Position numbers and translations under genes: made by a program. The notes below the pieces were generated by a model. The model saw only the letters and a program-made list of their open reading frames with translations. It was not told where the DNA came from and did not search any database. A stretch of DNA of 61,719 nucleotides, counting the filler, from Basidiobolus ranarum (taxonomy: Eukaryota): the NCBI GenBank assembly GCA_040143965.1. It is 24 parts of 24 records of this genome, joined end to end, with 100 filler letters (N's around TTAATTAATTAA, not from the genome) between each part and the next. Parts side by side here need not be neighbours in the genome. Positions count along the whole stretch, not along the records: positions 25,808 to 28,284 come from JASJQH010003293.1; positions 28,385 to 30,859 come from JASJQH010003294.1; positions 30,960 to 33,434 come from JASJQH010003295.1; positions 33,535 to 36,008 come from JASJQH010003296.1; positions 36,109 to 38,581 come from JASJQH010003297.1; 19 more parts are not named here. One strand, given 5' to 3'. Shown in pieces: positions 26,050-38,681 of this stretch. Every line of letters begins with the position of its first letter. Position 1 is the stretch's first letter.

Positions 26050-27475
26050 ATAGTGACATTGCTTGAATAGATTACCTCTTGTCTAATTTAAAACTACTGC
26101 CAACTTGATCTATCTCAGCCAAAAGTCTGTTTAGCAGCTCTCTTAGAATTTTTTTCAGAATATCACAAGAACAAAATGAGATGAATTATAGAAGTACTTA
26201 TTCTTTGTCCATATACTGGGTCTTGTTGCAGGCATTGTGCTCCAACAATGCAAAAACCATGCACACATTGAAAAGAGCCCTATGTTTTAATACTAATATA
26301 ATCTGGAGTCTCCTGGACCCATCCCTTCATATCCATCTCACCCTTTGCTAATTGGTTGTTAATCAGATCAGCATATGGTAGTACAGAAGATTTCACACTG
26401 ACTATCTTTCACTGCAGTAACACCCTATTGGAAACTACCAGAATGTATAGCAGGAGCCAAAGATCCATTAAGCATTGTGAAAGATGCTGTAGGGATTGAT
26501 TCTGTCTAACTTCTTAAGCCTGTAGGAAAGTTTTTCACATAAGATTGCAATATTTTTCACAGCTAATGTATCTCCCTGAGAACTGTAGATGTGAGTTTAT
26601 GCCATAAGAATATATTTGTAATTTCCATAAACCACTGCCAATATTGCCAGTACTTATCAGGCAGAAATCTTTTCAAGATTCCACTTGAATAGGTACAAAT
26701 CCAATACTTTCAGTCTTTGCATTCAAATCAATGACTTGATCAGTGGAGGTTTATGGTAATCCTGGTAAACCATGATGGTATCTCGACATTTTCAAGCATT
26801 TTCCCAGTCAATTGCAATCCTGAACATATCTTATATAGATCATTCATTTAGAACTTTTCAATATACAGCTGACTGAGTAGTATTGGAATGATAAGAAATA
26901 TTAAGAGAGGGCCTGACTGGAAGCTCTGGCTACAGCTGATTCCCTTTAATAATATAATCTCAAGCTGATGAATAATCCCAGTCTAGATTTACAGTGATTG
27001 TTTGGGAATTCGATGTTAGTGAGCCAGTAGAAACATGCCAACACTCTTGATGGTAAAATTGTGGAGCTTAGTGTTGTATTTAAATAGTAGTAATACATAT
27101 GCCTGGCAGAGTAAACTCCATTGGTGTAATAAATTCTACCACAGTATAGTCCATTGTGCCTGCGACAACCTCCAAGTTTACTGTTTTTAGGAGTATTGCC
27201 TAAATATACAACAATAACAGCTTTGATACAATATTGCTTTATCTGAACCCCTTGGGATAATCATTCAAATGCAACAAATGAAGTCTTCAAGGAGCTATCT
27301 ATGAGCATTGATGAGACAGGTCCCAATACAATGGACAATATCAAAATATTAGGACTAATACTTTTCAGAAGGAAGCAGATTTAGGTCAATCAAAGTTATT
27401 TAACCACAAGCATCTCCAATTGTATCCTTTTTACTGCAAACTATCTACAGCCAATGCAAATGCATGATTGTATAT
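26050..27475 (-). mobile_element. Second CACTA/EnSpm transposase pseudogene
   Basis: Reverse-complement homolog of 6830-7652 (FALAVD motif), extending further 3'. Confidence 0.8.
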
Positions 27476-28284
27476 CCCAAACAAAAATAAAATTGATTTG
27501 ATCTGGATTATATCCACCCTTATGTATGGCAAAGCCATCAGAGAACCATCACCATATTGGCAGCTTGCACTCAGCCAGGGATTTGATGGAGAAACAATGA
27601 CTTCATGATGGTATTTTGATTGCATTCATATATGGTAGAGTTTTGAACCATATTGGCATGCTTTATTTTATTTCCAACAATGATTGCAAACAAACAGTTT
27701 CAAATAGCAAATCAATGGGTTTACTAATGTAGGCTTTTGAATAAATATGCATGCCTTTATTTAAATATTTCAGGCTTTGCATTCCAGCCATGATGAGAAT
27801 CAAAAAATACCAGGATTTTACTGTGTCTAGTCTTTACATATGCACACACTTGACTGATCGGACATAACTGAACATAAATATGCCTTACTAGCAATCCAAT
27901 GGTGCAATAATTGTTAAACATCTGAAATTTTGAGTAGCACTGACACTTGGCAAATAGCTGACTCTTGTTACTGTTCACAATGAGAATAAGCTCTTGGATT
28001 TTGGCAAATTTCCGTAAAGAGTTCAGCCAATATATCCCCAACAGTTTTGATTCAGTTGGGATTGACCAATTACTTACCATCATAAAATTGCCAAGTTAGA
28101 TTTGATTTTAATCAATTTTTTCAGTTTCAGGAGTGAAATTTCAAGATCTTGCAAAATAGTTGCACAAGATTGGCTAAAATCTCAGAGAACTATGGATCAA
28201 CACATGTGTGAAAAACATATCTCAAATTTTACACAATTACCACTTGAATGCTAATTTGCCACCATTGAAATCGCTAGTCTCTTT
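27476..28284 (+). mobile_element. DNA-transposon-like terminus 5'-CCC(T/A)AACAAAAATAA; copies at about 30723-30859 and 33187-33434
   Basis: Three copies start at the same sharp boundary in unrelated flanks. Confidence 0.7.
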
Positions 28285-28384
28285 NNNNNNNNNNNNNNNN
28301 NNNNNNNNNNNNNNNNNNNNNNNNNNNNTTAATTAATTAANNNNNNNNNNNNNNNNNNNNNNNNNNNNNNNNNNNNNNNNNNNN

Positions 28385-28497
28385 ATCAAACCAATCTCTG
28401 ATGACTCATAGGGGTGAATTAGGTTATTTTCATGGAATTCAAATTAAGAGAGATAAACCCAATCAGAAAATCATGCTCAATTTGTCTAGATACATCC
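28385..28497 (+). mobile_element. Copia RT fragment interrupted by a Gypsy LTR
   Basis: MTHRGELGYFHGIQIKRDKPNQKIMLN, homologous to contig 2, ends at TGTCATGATTC. Confidence 0.7.
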
Positions 28498-29339
28498 TGT
28501 CATGATTCTGATCTTGGCATACTGATCCACTGCAAATAGAACACTTCTATTATTATATTATGAAATCATATCTACTGTGACTCATATCAAAGCTATAAAT
28601 TTCCTTATCAATCCATTTCGATCCAAAACACCTAGAAATACTCTGAAACTTTGATCTTTTTCTCAGCATTTTGATGCCTTAAGCTCAGTGTTTAAGTCTC
28701 AACTGCAAGTTTTTAAGTTAAAGACAAACTTTGCAGAGTGTTTCTCCCTAAATTTATGAATTGCAGGGATAGATTCTGGCGGTCATTTTGCTTTGAATGG
28801 ATCTCCTCTTAAAATCCTTCATGGTCCTTTCATTTTTATGCTCAATGAACTCGCAAAGGTCTGCACTTCAGTATCAAACCTCTAAGTTGAATCCTAATTG
28901 CTGGCAACAGTACTATTTGGCATTTCTCTGAGAGATAGTCAAGTGTTGTTAACCAGAAAAAAGTGCATAGTAATTAAGTATTGTTTTAACTGGATTGGGT
29001 TTTAAAATGACAAACCTGTCATTTCTTGAATAGAATATATCTAATTTATAGCTTAGTAAAAAATAATTAGTGTATAAGATTGGATTCTTGGAAGCATGCC
29101 TCTTAAACATGGGTGACAGATTGAGATGATCAGAACAGGATTTGAGAAAAATATTTACTATTGCAAGAGTGGAGTTTGTTAATACTTTCTTGTCACAGCT
29201 CTAGTTTTGATCACAGTGGTTGATTAGATGCTGATGTGTATGTAAGAGTGTATCTACTCTTACTAAACTTGAAGCCTACATCATAAACTGGTGCTTGACT
29301 CATTGACAACAAATTTTTGGCAATATTTTGTAAATAGAG

Positions 29340-29800
29340 TTCACTTTTTTTTATTGCCAACAGACAGCTACATTATGTTTCTATTGAGCCCACTGTACCA
29401 TTACTAACTGTGTCCGGGTCATCCTCATTTGCTATGTGAACTTTCTTTGTTTTATATGGTGTCAAGGTGGAAAACCAACTTTGGTTCTTTGACATATGCT
29501 GGATAGTTCCTCAATTGATGTATAACTTTCTGAGTCTCCCTCAGTTGCTAATGCTAAGGCAGACATTACCAAATGGTGTTTATCAGTGCTTAGCATATTT
29601 ACTTGTTTTGGGTTTACCTTTTTGACAAAGGTCTTTTATTTCATTCTGATATTAGATGGCCAGGCTTCCTGCCATGCCTACAAAGGATAGACTACTTAGC
29701 ATGCCTACCATAATAAAAAGCTGCTGGTTTACTTTTGTGATGCTTAGAAAGACTTTCAACTATACTTTCCTGCTTCAATGCTTTGTATATAGGCAAGCTT
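29340..29800 (-). mobile_element. Copia gag zinc-knuckle and protease relic
   Basis: CRHGRKPGHLISE* (degenerate CCHC) and YIN*GTIQHM (degenerate DSGATxHM). Confidence 0.6.
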
Positions 29801-31811
29801 TCCTGTATTGCTGCTCTAAAATGGGGAAAAATCTCATTTTAAAGTTTTTCCTTTTCTCTGAGCATCTCTCCACTAGGCTTCTTGTTATGAATTGCTAACC
29901 ACAGCAGCTGAAGCATTACCTAGGTTATGCAACATTCAGTAATATCAGTATTTCAGTCTAATCCCTAGCTTAGTATCATCAGCACCATCAGTTATTAGTT
30001 TTCTAGATATCAATCCATATTAATCACCAGATCTACAATGTCCCAATATTTAGTCATAGTTGCTCACCTGATATTCCTGTGAGTTTATCCATGGAAGATC
30101 ACATGATCATATCCCCTCCCTTCTAGTATATCATATGAGCATTTTGCCTGTGCTACCCCAACATATATCAGCTGATTGCTGTGTAGTCCCAGGATGTCTT
30201 GGCCAAGAATTGTGCCACCCCTTTATGATGTAGCCAGATCCTGATATAGTAATTAGATTAGTAAACAGTGCATCAGTGATTACACATATGATCTATCAGT
30301 TCAAGTATACATACAGGAGTATCTCCCTCATTAAACTTTAGTCCAGACTTTAGTGAATGCAATCATGGCTTACTCAACCCCCTATAATTCTTAGATACTT
30401 ATGCATTATAATAGTGGTAGCAGCAACAACCTGTCCTCCACCCTGATGAAGAACCTTGCCATATCTGAAATACCTGAATGGAGATCTGCCATAGAACAGA
30501 TCATTACCTAGTAGTCCCAACTTCTGTAGCTTTTGAGCCAGCAACAGCAAGGAATTGCTAATGCTAACCAGAACCTACCAGGATCAACCATGGCAAGTAG
30601 TACAAAAAGTATCAAAGCTGACAAGTACCATGTTGAAGTTGATGAAAATCATGGAACTGGGATCTTTCAGCTAGAAGAAGCCTTGAAAGCCAGTGGAATT
30701 TAGGATACCAGCAAGCTACACTCCCTAACAAAAATAATATTGATTTGATCCGGATTAGATCCACCCTCCAAAATAGCAAAACTGTCAGAGAACCTTCACA
30801 ATATTATTGGCTTGCATTCTGCCAGGGATTTTGATGGTGTGGCGGTGGTTTCTTGACGGNNNNNNNNNNNNNNNNNNNNNNNNNNNNNNNNNNNNNNNNN
30901 NNNTTAATTAATTAANNNNNNNNNNNNNNNNNNNNNNNNNNNNNNNNNNNNNNNNNNNNGATAATAGTGACATTAAAATTCAGTTCTTTGCACCCACAGA
31001 GTGTTTGTTTATTCAGAAGGCACTCTCTTTCCTATATTCAGTCTGACCTTCCAATAGTTTTTTCTCTTCATATGACTATATAGGTGTTTAGGCAATGCTA
31101 ATTTCAACATTTGCGCCTTGACTCAATAGTCACAAGTGTATAGATGATGATGATTAATATGTTTTCTAGAATGACAAATCAACACTAACAAGTTGTTACA
31201 ATATTTATTAGTTGTGACCAATGCTCAGAAAAGAAACTGATGAAATTCATGTATCCTAAATACCTATAGAGTCATAAATAGCTTATTAGTTAATTATTCC
31301 ATATTTCACTCTGATATCACTCACTCTTCTCAAAAGGAATTTATTTTAAAGTATCACAATATCTACATTTTGAGAACTTGTACTAGAGGCCCCAAGCTCT
31401 ATACACATGCTGCTGGGATTTTCCTTAACACATTCTATATGCTTGCTTATTTACCCACCTATTAATGACAACTTTCCACTCAGTGAAACAGAATGTGAAA
31501 ACCATCACTTATTCCTAGTTCTCCAAGTCACCTCCAGCAGCTTCCAAATGCTTTGACAGAAGCATCATTGTTCTAAGTTCTCTTTAAGTTGTATCTATCT
31601 CTCCAGTATGCTGTTTTACTGCTATCCTCTATATGTAAGTGCTTTGCAAATAATTCTTTCAAACATAATGATATACAAATAATGATGGCTAGCACCATTA
31701 GTCAAAATTGGCTGATCACAATTATCAGTTTTTGAAGAACATATTCTTGCATTACCATTGCTTTCAATACCTTGCTTTCAGCATATATACCATCACTGAT
31801 AAAACATTAAC

Positions 31812-32158
31812 TGTTAAAGTATATGGGAGCCTTTTGGAAGTGGTATGGAGAATTAGAGGAATTGGTGGTTTTCACTTATTGATTCATTGAGTAGAAAGTT
31901 GACACTTATAGTTTTGTCAAGATGTACACAAACAACATGTAGAATGTGTTAAGGAAGGTCCCAGGAACATGTGTGCAAAGTTTGGGGATTCCAGCACAAG
32001 TTTGAAAAATCTATATATCTGAGAGCTTCTAAGTTGGTAAAAATATTCTAAGTAAATTCCTTATGAGAATAATGGATAATATCTTCATGAATTATAAGAT
32101 AACTAAGTACTAAGCTATATATGACTATATAGGTGTTTAGGCTATGCTAATTTCAACA
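31812..32158 (-). repeat. Copia solo LTR with a 5-bp target-site duplication TTAAC
   Basis: TGTTAA...CAACA on the plus strand, flanked by TTAAC at 31807-31811 and 32159-32163. Confidence 0.92.
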
Positions 32159-32689
32159 TTAACTAGATCCAACTTTTACTAAGTTTGGACTACTTACAGG
32201 TATTGCTAATGTGTATCTACCTCCTGCCACTGATTTTCCAAGTACCTGAATGTATATGTAAGATAGCAGTAGAAAATGATCAATTATTCAAGTAGGTTGT
32301 TTAATTTCTCTCTGTTAACACTTATAAAACAAATTAGAAGTAAAGGTTTGCAAACTCATTGGCAGATGTTGAGCTTTTTTCCAGTTATGCCTCCCATCTA
32401 ATTTATAACATAAAAAATAATGCTGTACTGAGCAACTCCAATATCAGCTTGCAAATTCTACAACTTGCCAAATATTATGCAGCTCTTTAATATTTGTTGC
32501 ATATTCCAACTTAAGATATATATCTGCAAGCATTAACTTGAATTAACTCTAAAGTATTCTAGCAAGTGGCATTGCTGAATGAGATTTTTCCTCCCATCTT
32601 TAGGTAGATAATTCTGGAATTTGGGTCTTGCTGAGGAATTAAATTGGCAAGATTGCTGATTCTTTCACTCAATACTGGTTTCTACCAAG

Positions 32690-33180
32690 GGGAAGTCATG
32701 AAAAGTCTAGAAAGATGATCAGCAAGAATATTGGAAATTCCAGGATGGTGAATTATAGTGGAATCACAACTCAGTAGAGTATCCTGCCAGTCAGCCAGCA
32801 TATGTGTCAGTGTCTTCTGTGTGCAAATGTAGACAAAAGCTTGGTGGTCAGTATAAAGAGTAAAAGCAATATCCCAGAGATATTGGTAAATTTCTCAACA
32901 GCAAATATAAATGCTAGCTGTTCATTTTGGTAGCAGAAAAATCACATTGTGCTAACAGTAAGGATCTAGCTTAGAAAGAAATTCAATGAGGCAGATTTTG
33001 ACCTTCATCCTAGTAAAGAACTGTCATTAACTCAGCATTAGAGGCATGGCTTGCAGCCAAAAAGGCTTGGAAAAGTCAGGATGAGATGGTGTAGGAGCTT
33101 GGGGAAGTATCCTATATGGTGAATCCAATGGTGTGCTTAGAGCAGAGATAAGTGTCATATGTTCTCTAATATAGTTCAAC
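32690..33180 (-). mobile_element. Ty3/Gypsy RT-RNaseH relic
   Basis: HPDFSKPF, LAFIFAVEKF, FTLYTDHQA, HHPGISNILADHLSR. Confidence 0.85.
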
Positions 33181-35272
33181 ACACCACCCTAACAAAAATA
33201 AAATCGATTTGATCCGGATTGGATCCACCCTCCAAAATAGCAAAACCGTCAGAGAACCATCACAGTATCGTTGGCTTGCATTCTGCCAGGGATTTTGATG
33301 GTGTGACGGCAGTTTCTTGACGGTATCTTGGTGGTATTCATACATGTTAAAATATTGATCCTCAAATTTGGCATGTGTTATTCAATATCCAGCAATTTTT
33401 GCAAAAATATAATTTTCGAATGGCAAATTACTGGNNNNNNNNNNNNNNNNNNNNNNNNNNNNNNNNNNNNNNNNNNNNTTAATTAATTAANNNNNNNNNN
33501 NNNNNNNNNNNNNNNNNNNNNNNNNNNNNNNNNNACTTGAAGAGGAGGGGGAAGAATAAGAAGCTTTTCTTAGGATGTGTGTTCCGTCAAACCAGTTACC
33601 CGACAATTTATATACGATCACCTAGGCGGCAAAAATCTACTCACTAAATTAAAAACCCAGAGGTCAGAATATATCCATGTACAGATGCTCCCGATAAGGC
33701 GTACCATTATAAAAAGTAAAATCGATGATGTAAATCTTAGAAAACTGGCGACAAGGTGCCACAAGTTGAACTTCCGAAAAGAGTTTTAGGACTGTTCTCC
33801 ATGGTGATTGGCGAGTTTGAGCGAGTCAAAGGGTGATACTAGTGTTTGATCACTATAATGCATCGATCATTTCGATCAATTAATGTTTCAAAATGGTAGA
33901 GCATGTGAAGACAGGTAGCGCGAAACACCAGCTCATGGTTGTCAAACACAACTTGAGTGGCCTTTAAACTGCCAAGGGCTATCTTCTTTCAGTGTATACA
34001 ATAGTGTTGAGATTCAGCACTTGAATGAAACATGTGGCATTACTAAGTGTGCCAACTTTATGCTTTTCTGCACACCTAACCCCGATTAATATACGACATC
34101 TGATCTATCCAATCAGTCATACGGTGCTAATTACGAAAGTCAATTTTCCTTAGGCTTAGACTGCTAATCTACGCTCTTTCCGCTCTGTTACTGGTGGTAC
34201 GAAATGTAGAAGAACGCGTAAGTGGAAAGGCGTTATATCAGAAGGTTTCGCTAGATCATAGTGATGTCAAAAGAAGGAGCGGGACAAGTTGATCCATTTT
34301 CGGATAAATTTACTTATGGTACCACTCGGAACACTGTTCGGATAGGGTGGGCGTATAGATTGATTCCAATATATAAATTAACTCGAAGTCTTTTGAAAAT
34401 CTAGGTATTCACCGCTCTTCTTAGTAAAATAGCCATACAACTTGCTTTCGTTTGCTACACGAAAGTAGTAGCTGCCATACTTCTGCCGTTAACAGCAACG
34501 CCTTGGAAATGACATTTTGGATATTCAGCACTAAAACAGAATGTCTTTGAAAGTCAAATTCTAATAGAATTTCCATTGTTCTATTCCTTTTCTCCAGAAA
34601 TCGTTTATTCAATAACATATCCAAATGTTGTGTTACACCAACTTAACTTCGAAGCCCGCCTCAAGTTGGCCAGTACCAGTGAAGTTCTTTTACCACCATG
34701 TATGACTGTCAAGTCTTCAGAATGTACACCAAGGGAATTTCATTAGCTCTGGCCTACCCCCCTTATTTGTCATCATTCTATCCAACCTTTGACTCTACTC
34801 TGCTATAACGAACAGATTGTTCTTTGAATTCTAGAAATCCAACTTTATGTAAATATGTATATATATAGACGAAGTTTGAGGAGTGCTGAGTGTTCAGTTC
34901 ATCTAGTAGCCAACAAGTTTACCTCAAGATATACTCACCTCTAGAATAATCACGTTTTTGCGAAAACATGATATAAATTAAATATAATCACAAACATCTA
35001 AATATTGATTAAATGTAAGCAACCAATTAACCGCGCACCCATAATTATGATCCTGCAAAAAAAGTACAATTCCGATGTAACTGGGGACTTATCAATAGAA
35101 TTACTATTAGAGCAATAGTGATTTATTCATAAACTAAGTAAAAAGGTGCGTGGGAAGAGAGAAAAGGCGACTTTTATGGTGTCCGATGTGTAAAGGATCT
35201 ATCTTTGATGAATGACACCTTGACATTCTGGATAAATGATTCGATTAAGTGGTTTATTTTGTTCATAATTAT

Positions 35273-35897
35273 TTAGAAACCATGAATCTTGATGAGGTCC
35301 TTCTTAGTGATACCTTGTTGCACTAGGAAAGTGGCAACCTTAATACGTTGATCTCCTTGGAGCTGAATAACTTCACCCATTTCTTCGTCTTCAACAATGG
35401 TACCGTTGCAAGCAAAATCTTTCTTAAAAGCTTTGAGCATTCTCTTTTGATCTAACTCGGCAGGAAGACCCTGGATGGTGGTTAAAGTCTTTCTACCGTT
35501 ACGTTGTTGAATACGAATATCTACAGTGGCATAAAGTTAAGGAAGTAACTGTGTATGTATTGCATATAATGGATGAGCCGTCCAACATATTATTGAAGTC
35601 TTATTCCAGTGTAACTATGATGTTTTATGAATAAACCTCCTCGCCAATGTGTCCACGGCGGAGTTATTCGAAACGAATTACCGTTATATGTTGAAAGTGA
35701 CTCTAATTATTTTTAAAATTTCAGGTATAAAAAGGGATACGAATATAACCGGTGGGGGTGGCATTCTCTTCGTCACCAATATCAGCGAAGGGATCTATTC
35801 ACATCAAAAGGTTAGAAATTCCAGCTTTTTTAGAGTATGTTTACACGTAATTGTAGTTAAATTACTTACCGTAGGCTTTGAGATTCTCAATGGACAT
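35273..35897 (-). CDS. SUI1: Translation initiation factor eIF1 (SUI1), complete, 3 exons; not in the ORF track
   Basis: Exons 35897-35870, 35794-35741 and 35520-35273: MSIENLKAYDPFAD..HIRIQQRNGRKTLTTIQG..FACNGT..IQLQGDQR..KIHGF*. Confidence 0.97.
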
Positions 35898-37172
35898 AAT
35901 ACGTTTGGATGAGTTAAAAGAAAACTAAACACTAAAGTTACAAGGATGAGGTAAAAGGGGAGCGTTTGAGAAATATATAGTGACCTTACTATCCCTTACT
36001 AGGGGATCNNNNNNNNNNNNNNNNNNNNNNNNNNNNNNNNNNNNNNNNNNNNTTAATTAATTAANNNNNNNNNNNNNNNNNNNNNNNNNNNNNNNNNNNN
36101 NNNNNNNNTTTGCCCATGTTCCGGAGAATATCTGGGTTGGTAGCGCCCAACGGTAAACACCAGATAGCAGGCACCATTGGTTCTAAAGACTGGTGGCAAC
36201 CCCTGCCCTCTTAACATCCCCCAAATTCAGGACAAGGTTTATGCAGCTTTGGTCAGTTAAGTCAGTTCTTATGGAACATTGTTTGCATTCATTTTAATTA
36301 ATCTCGACCCTGGGAATGTATTATTGTGCCGAGTTACATCAGTATTTCCATATTCATCATCCTTCCAAGGTCCAGTGACCACTATTCGAAAATAAGATTG
36401 GGTTGCCTCGATGATATCACGCAAATCAGATGAAACAATCGATGGGTCGATTACTACTGTCAGTGGCATTCATTTGATGTATTCTATATTCATTCATGAT
36501 GCTGCTATAGCTTCTACATTGGTTCAGTGGGCACATTTGGCTAAAAATGGGTCAATAAGGGAAACCGAAAAGCTCAGCGCATAAAGTCGGATCCTTGGCA
36601 ATTTGTCAGCATAGGCGTAATATGACAATAGAGCCTCTCGCTGTGACAACAGTCCATAGCCTGTGGCCAGTTTGAAACTTGGTAGAATTCCTCGTTGATG
36701 GATGCCCTGACAGTGAAAGGCTCGGGATATTGTGTTCGAATCATAGAGGCTGTAGTTGTTGAGTACGGGTTCTTACTCTACACGAATAAACCGCTTCTCT
36801 CTGATGCATTCCTAACGTAACTGGCTAGAATAGGTGTCTCTAGTTCTATGTCATAATTAAATTGAATCTCCAACCCAATTCATGTCCTACCTTGGATCAG
36901 CAGAGCATCTTAATTCTCTATGGAATATGTAGTCGGATCTGAATAATAAAATACAAGGGATACACAATGGTGCTTGACTGACATGCTTTTTAGATTTGCA
37001 TCTTTTAGGGACCAGCAATCGGATAGCATGTCCTCGATTATAAATAGAGCATGTGTTGGCTAGTCAAACAGTAGTTCACATTCATCAATCATTGACTTGG
37101 TGATTCCTTTATTCTTCCGAGTACAAAACGGCTGCAAATTTGTGATATCAAGTCACCGTTCAGCCTATAATC

Positions 37173-38581
37173 ATGACAGCCTTTCAGCGCATATCATCAG
37201 TGAAGTCCTTTGCTACCCTTCTTTTGATATCATCGCAAATTCTCTCTACATATGCCGTAGGTTGCGACTCGCCCATTTACTGCCCAGGCCCTATTTTGGA
37301 TCAAATTCAGAAAGCCAAGCTGTATCCCGACTCCAAGACGTTTGTAGACAAGGTAGTTTTTCTCATCCTTCCATCAATGTCTGCATTCATATCCTAATCA
37401 CCATGCATTTTAGCCGACTTCAAAACCTTTGAATCAGGTGTTAGCTGCATTTAATTTGCTCTCTGCAAACGCAAACAATGATACTATCGCGCAGTTTGTT
37501 AAAGATAATTTTCTTGATGCCGGGATGGAGTTAGTCCCTGCTGATTTGCCAGAGTATAAAGAACGACCGGAATTCTTGGGTAATATCAAGGATGAAATTC
37601 TTCGTGGCTGGGGACAAGTCGTTCACAGCTACTGGAAGAAGTTGACTAGACGAGTTGATGAGTCTTTCTTGTGTGAGGGTTGTGTTACCTCGTTACTCGA
37701 TATCAAGAGACCTTTTGTTATACCTGGTGGTCGCTTCAGAGAGATTTATTATTGGTATTATTTTCTCCGTGCTCGTGATTTTATTCTACAACTCTATTGA
37801 CATTAATTCCAACAGGGATACTTACTTTGTGGTGGAAGGATTACTCTTAAGCGAACTTCCTGGAACTGCCAAGAATATGATTGAAAATTTCCTTGATCTT
37901 ATTGATAAATACGGCTTTATGCGTATGTATTGTGTTTCTTCCACTCCTATCTCAACATGCTCTAACGATCCCTCTTTCGCATAGCAAATGGTGCACGTAT
38001 TTATTACCTTAACCGTTCACAGCCTCCTCTGCTAACTCAAATGGTCAAGATCTACTACGAGAAGACCGGGGATATTGAATTGCTCCGCCGTGCCTTGCCA
38101 ACACTTGACAAAGAGTATGACTTCTGGATCAATAACCATACAATTGATATTGATCACGGGAAGAAGTACCAACTAAGTCACTACAATTCCCTAAACGAAC
38201 ATCCTCGCCCAGAGTCTTACATTGAAGATTACAATACAGTGGAGAAATCCGGTCTCAATGCCCAGCAAAAGAAAGATCTTTATGCAGATATTGCTACCGG
38301 AGCTGAAAGCGGTTAGTTCAAAGGCAAAATTGGCTGTTCGCCTTCTGCAAGTACTAAATTAATCCATTTTCTAGGTTGGGATTACAGTTCTAGATGGTTG
38401 AAAGTTTACCCCGGTCGCAACGAATCCGGTCCAGAGATCTTGCGTAGTCTCAATACCCGCAAGATTGTCCCTGCCGACCTTAATGCAATTCTATACATGA
38501 ACGAGAAGATTCTTGGGGATTTCCATAAGACAGTTCAAACCAATCTAACCGCAAAGAAAATCAAATTTTACGGGCGTGCTG
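37173..38581 (+). CDS. Secreted GH37 alpha,alpha-trehalase, 3' partial, multi-exon
   Basis: Signal peptide; CDSPIYC, DSKTFVD, PGGRFREIYYW|DTY, YYLNRSQPP, PRPESY, AESG|WDYSSRW. Confidence 0.96.
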
Positions 38582-38681
38582 NNNNNNNNNNNNNNNNNNN
38601 NNNNNNNNNNNNNNNNNNNNNNNNNTTAATTAATTAANNNNNNNNNNNNNNNNNNNNNNNNNNNNNNNNNNNNNNNNNNNN

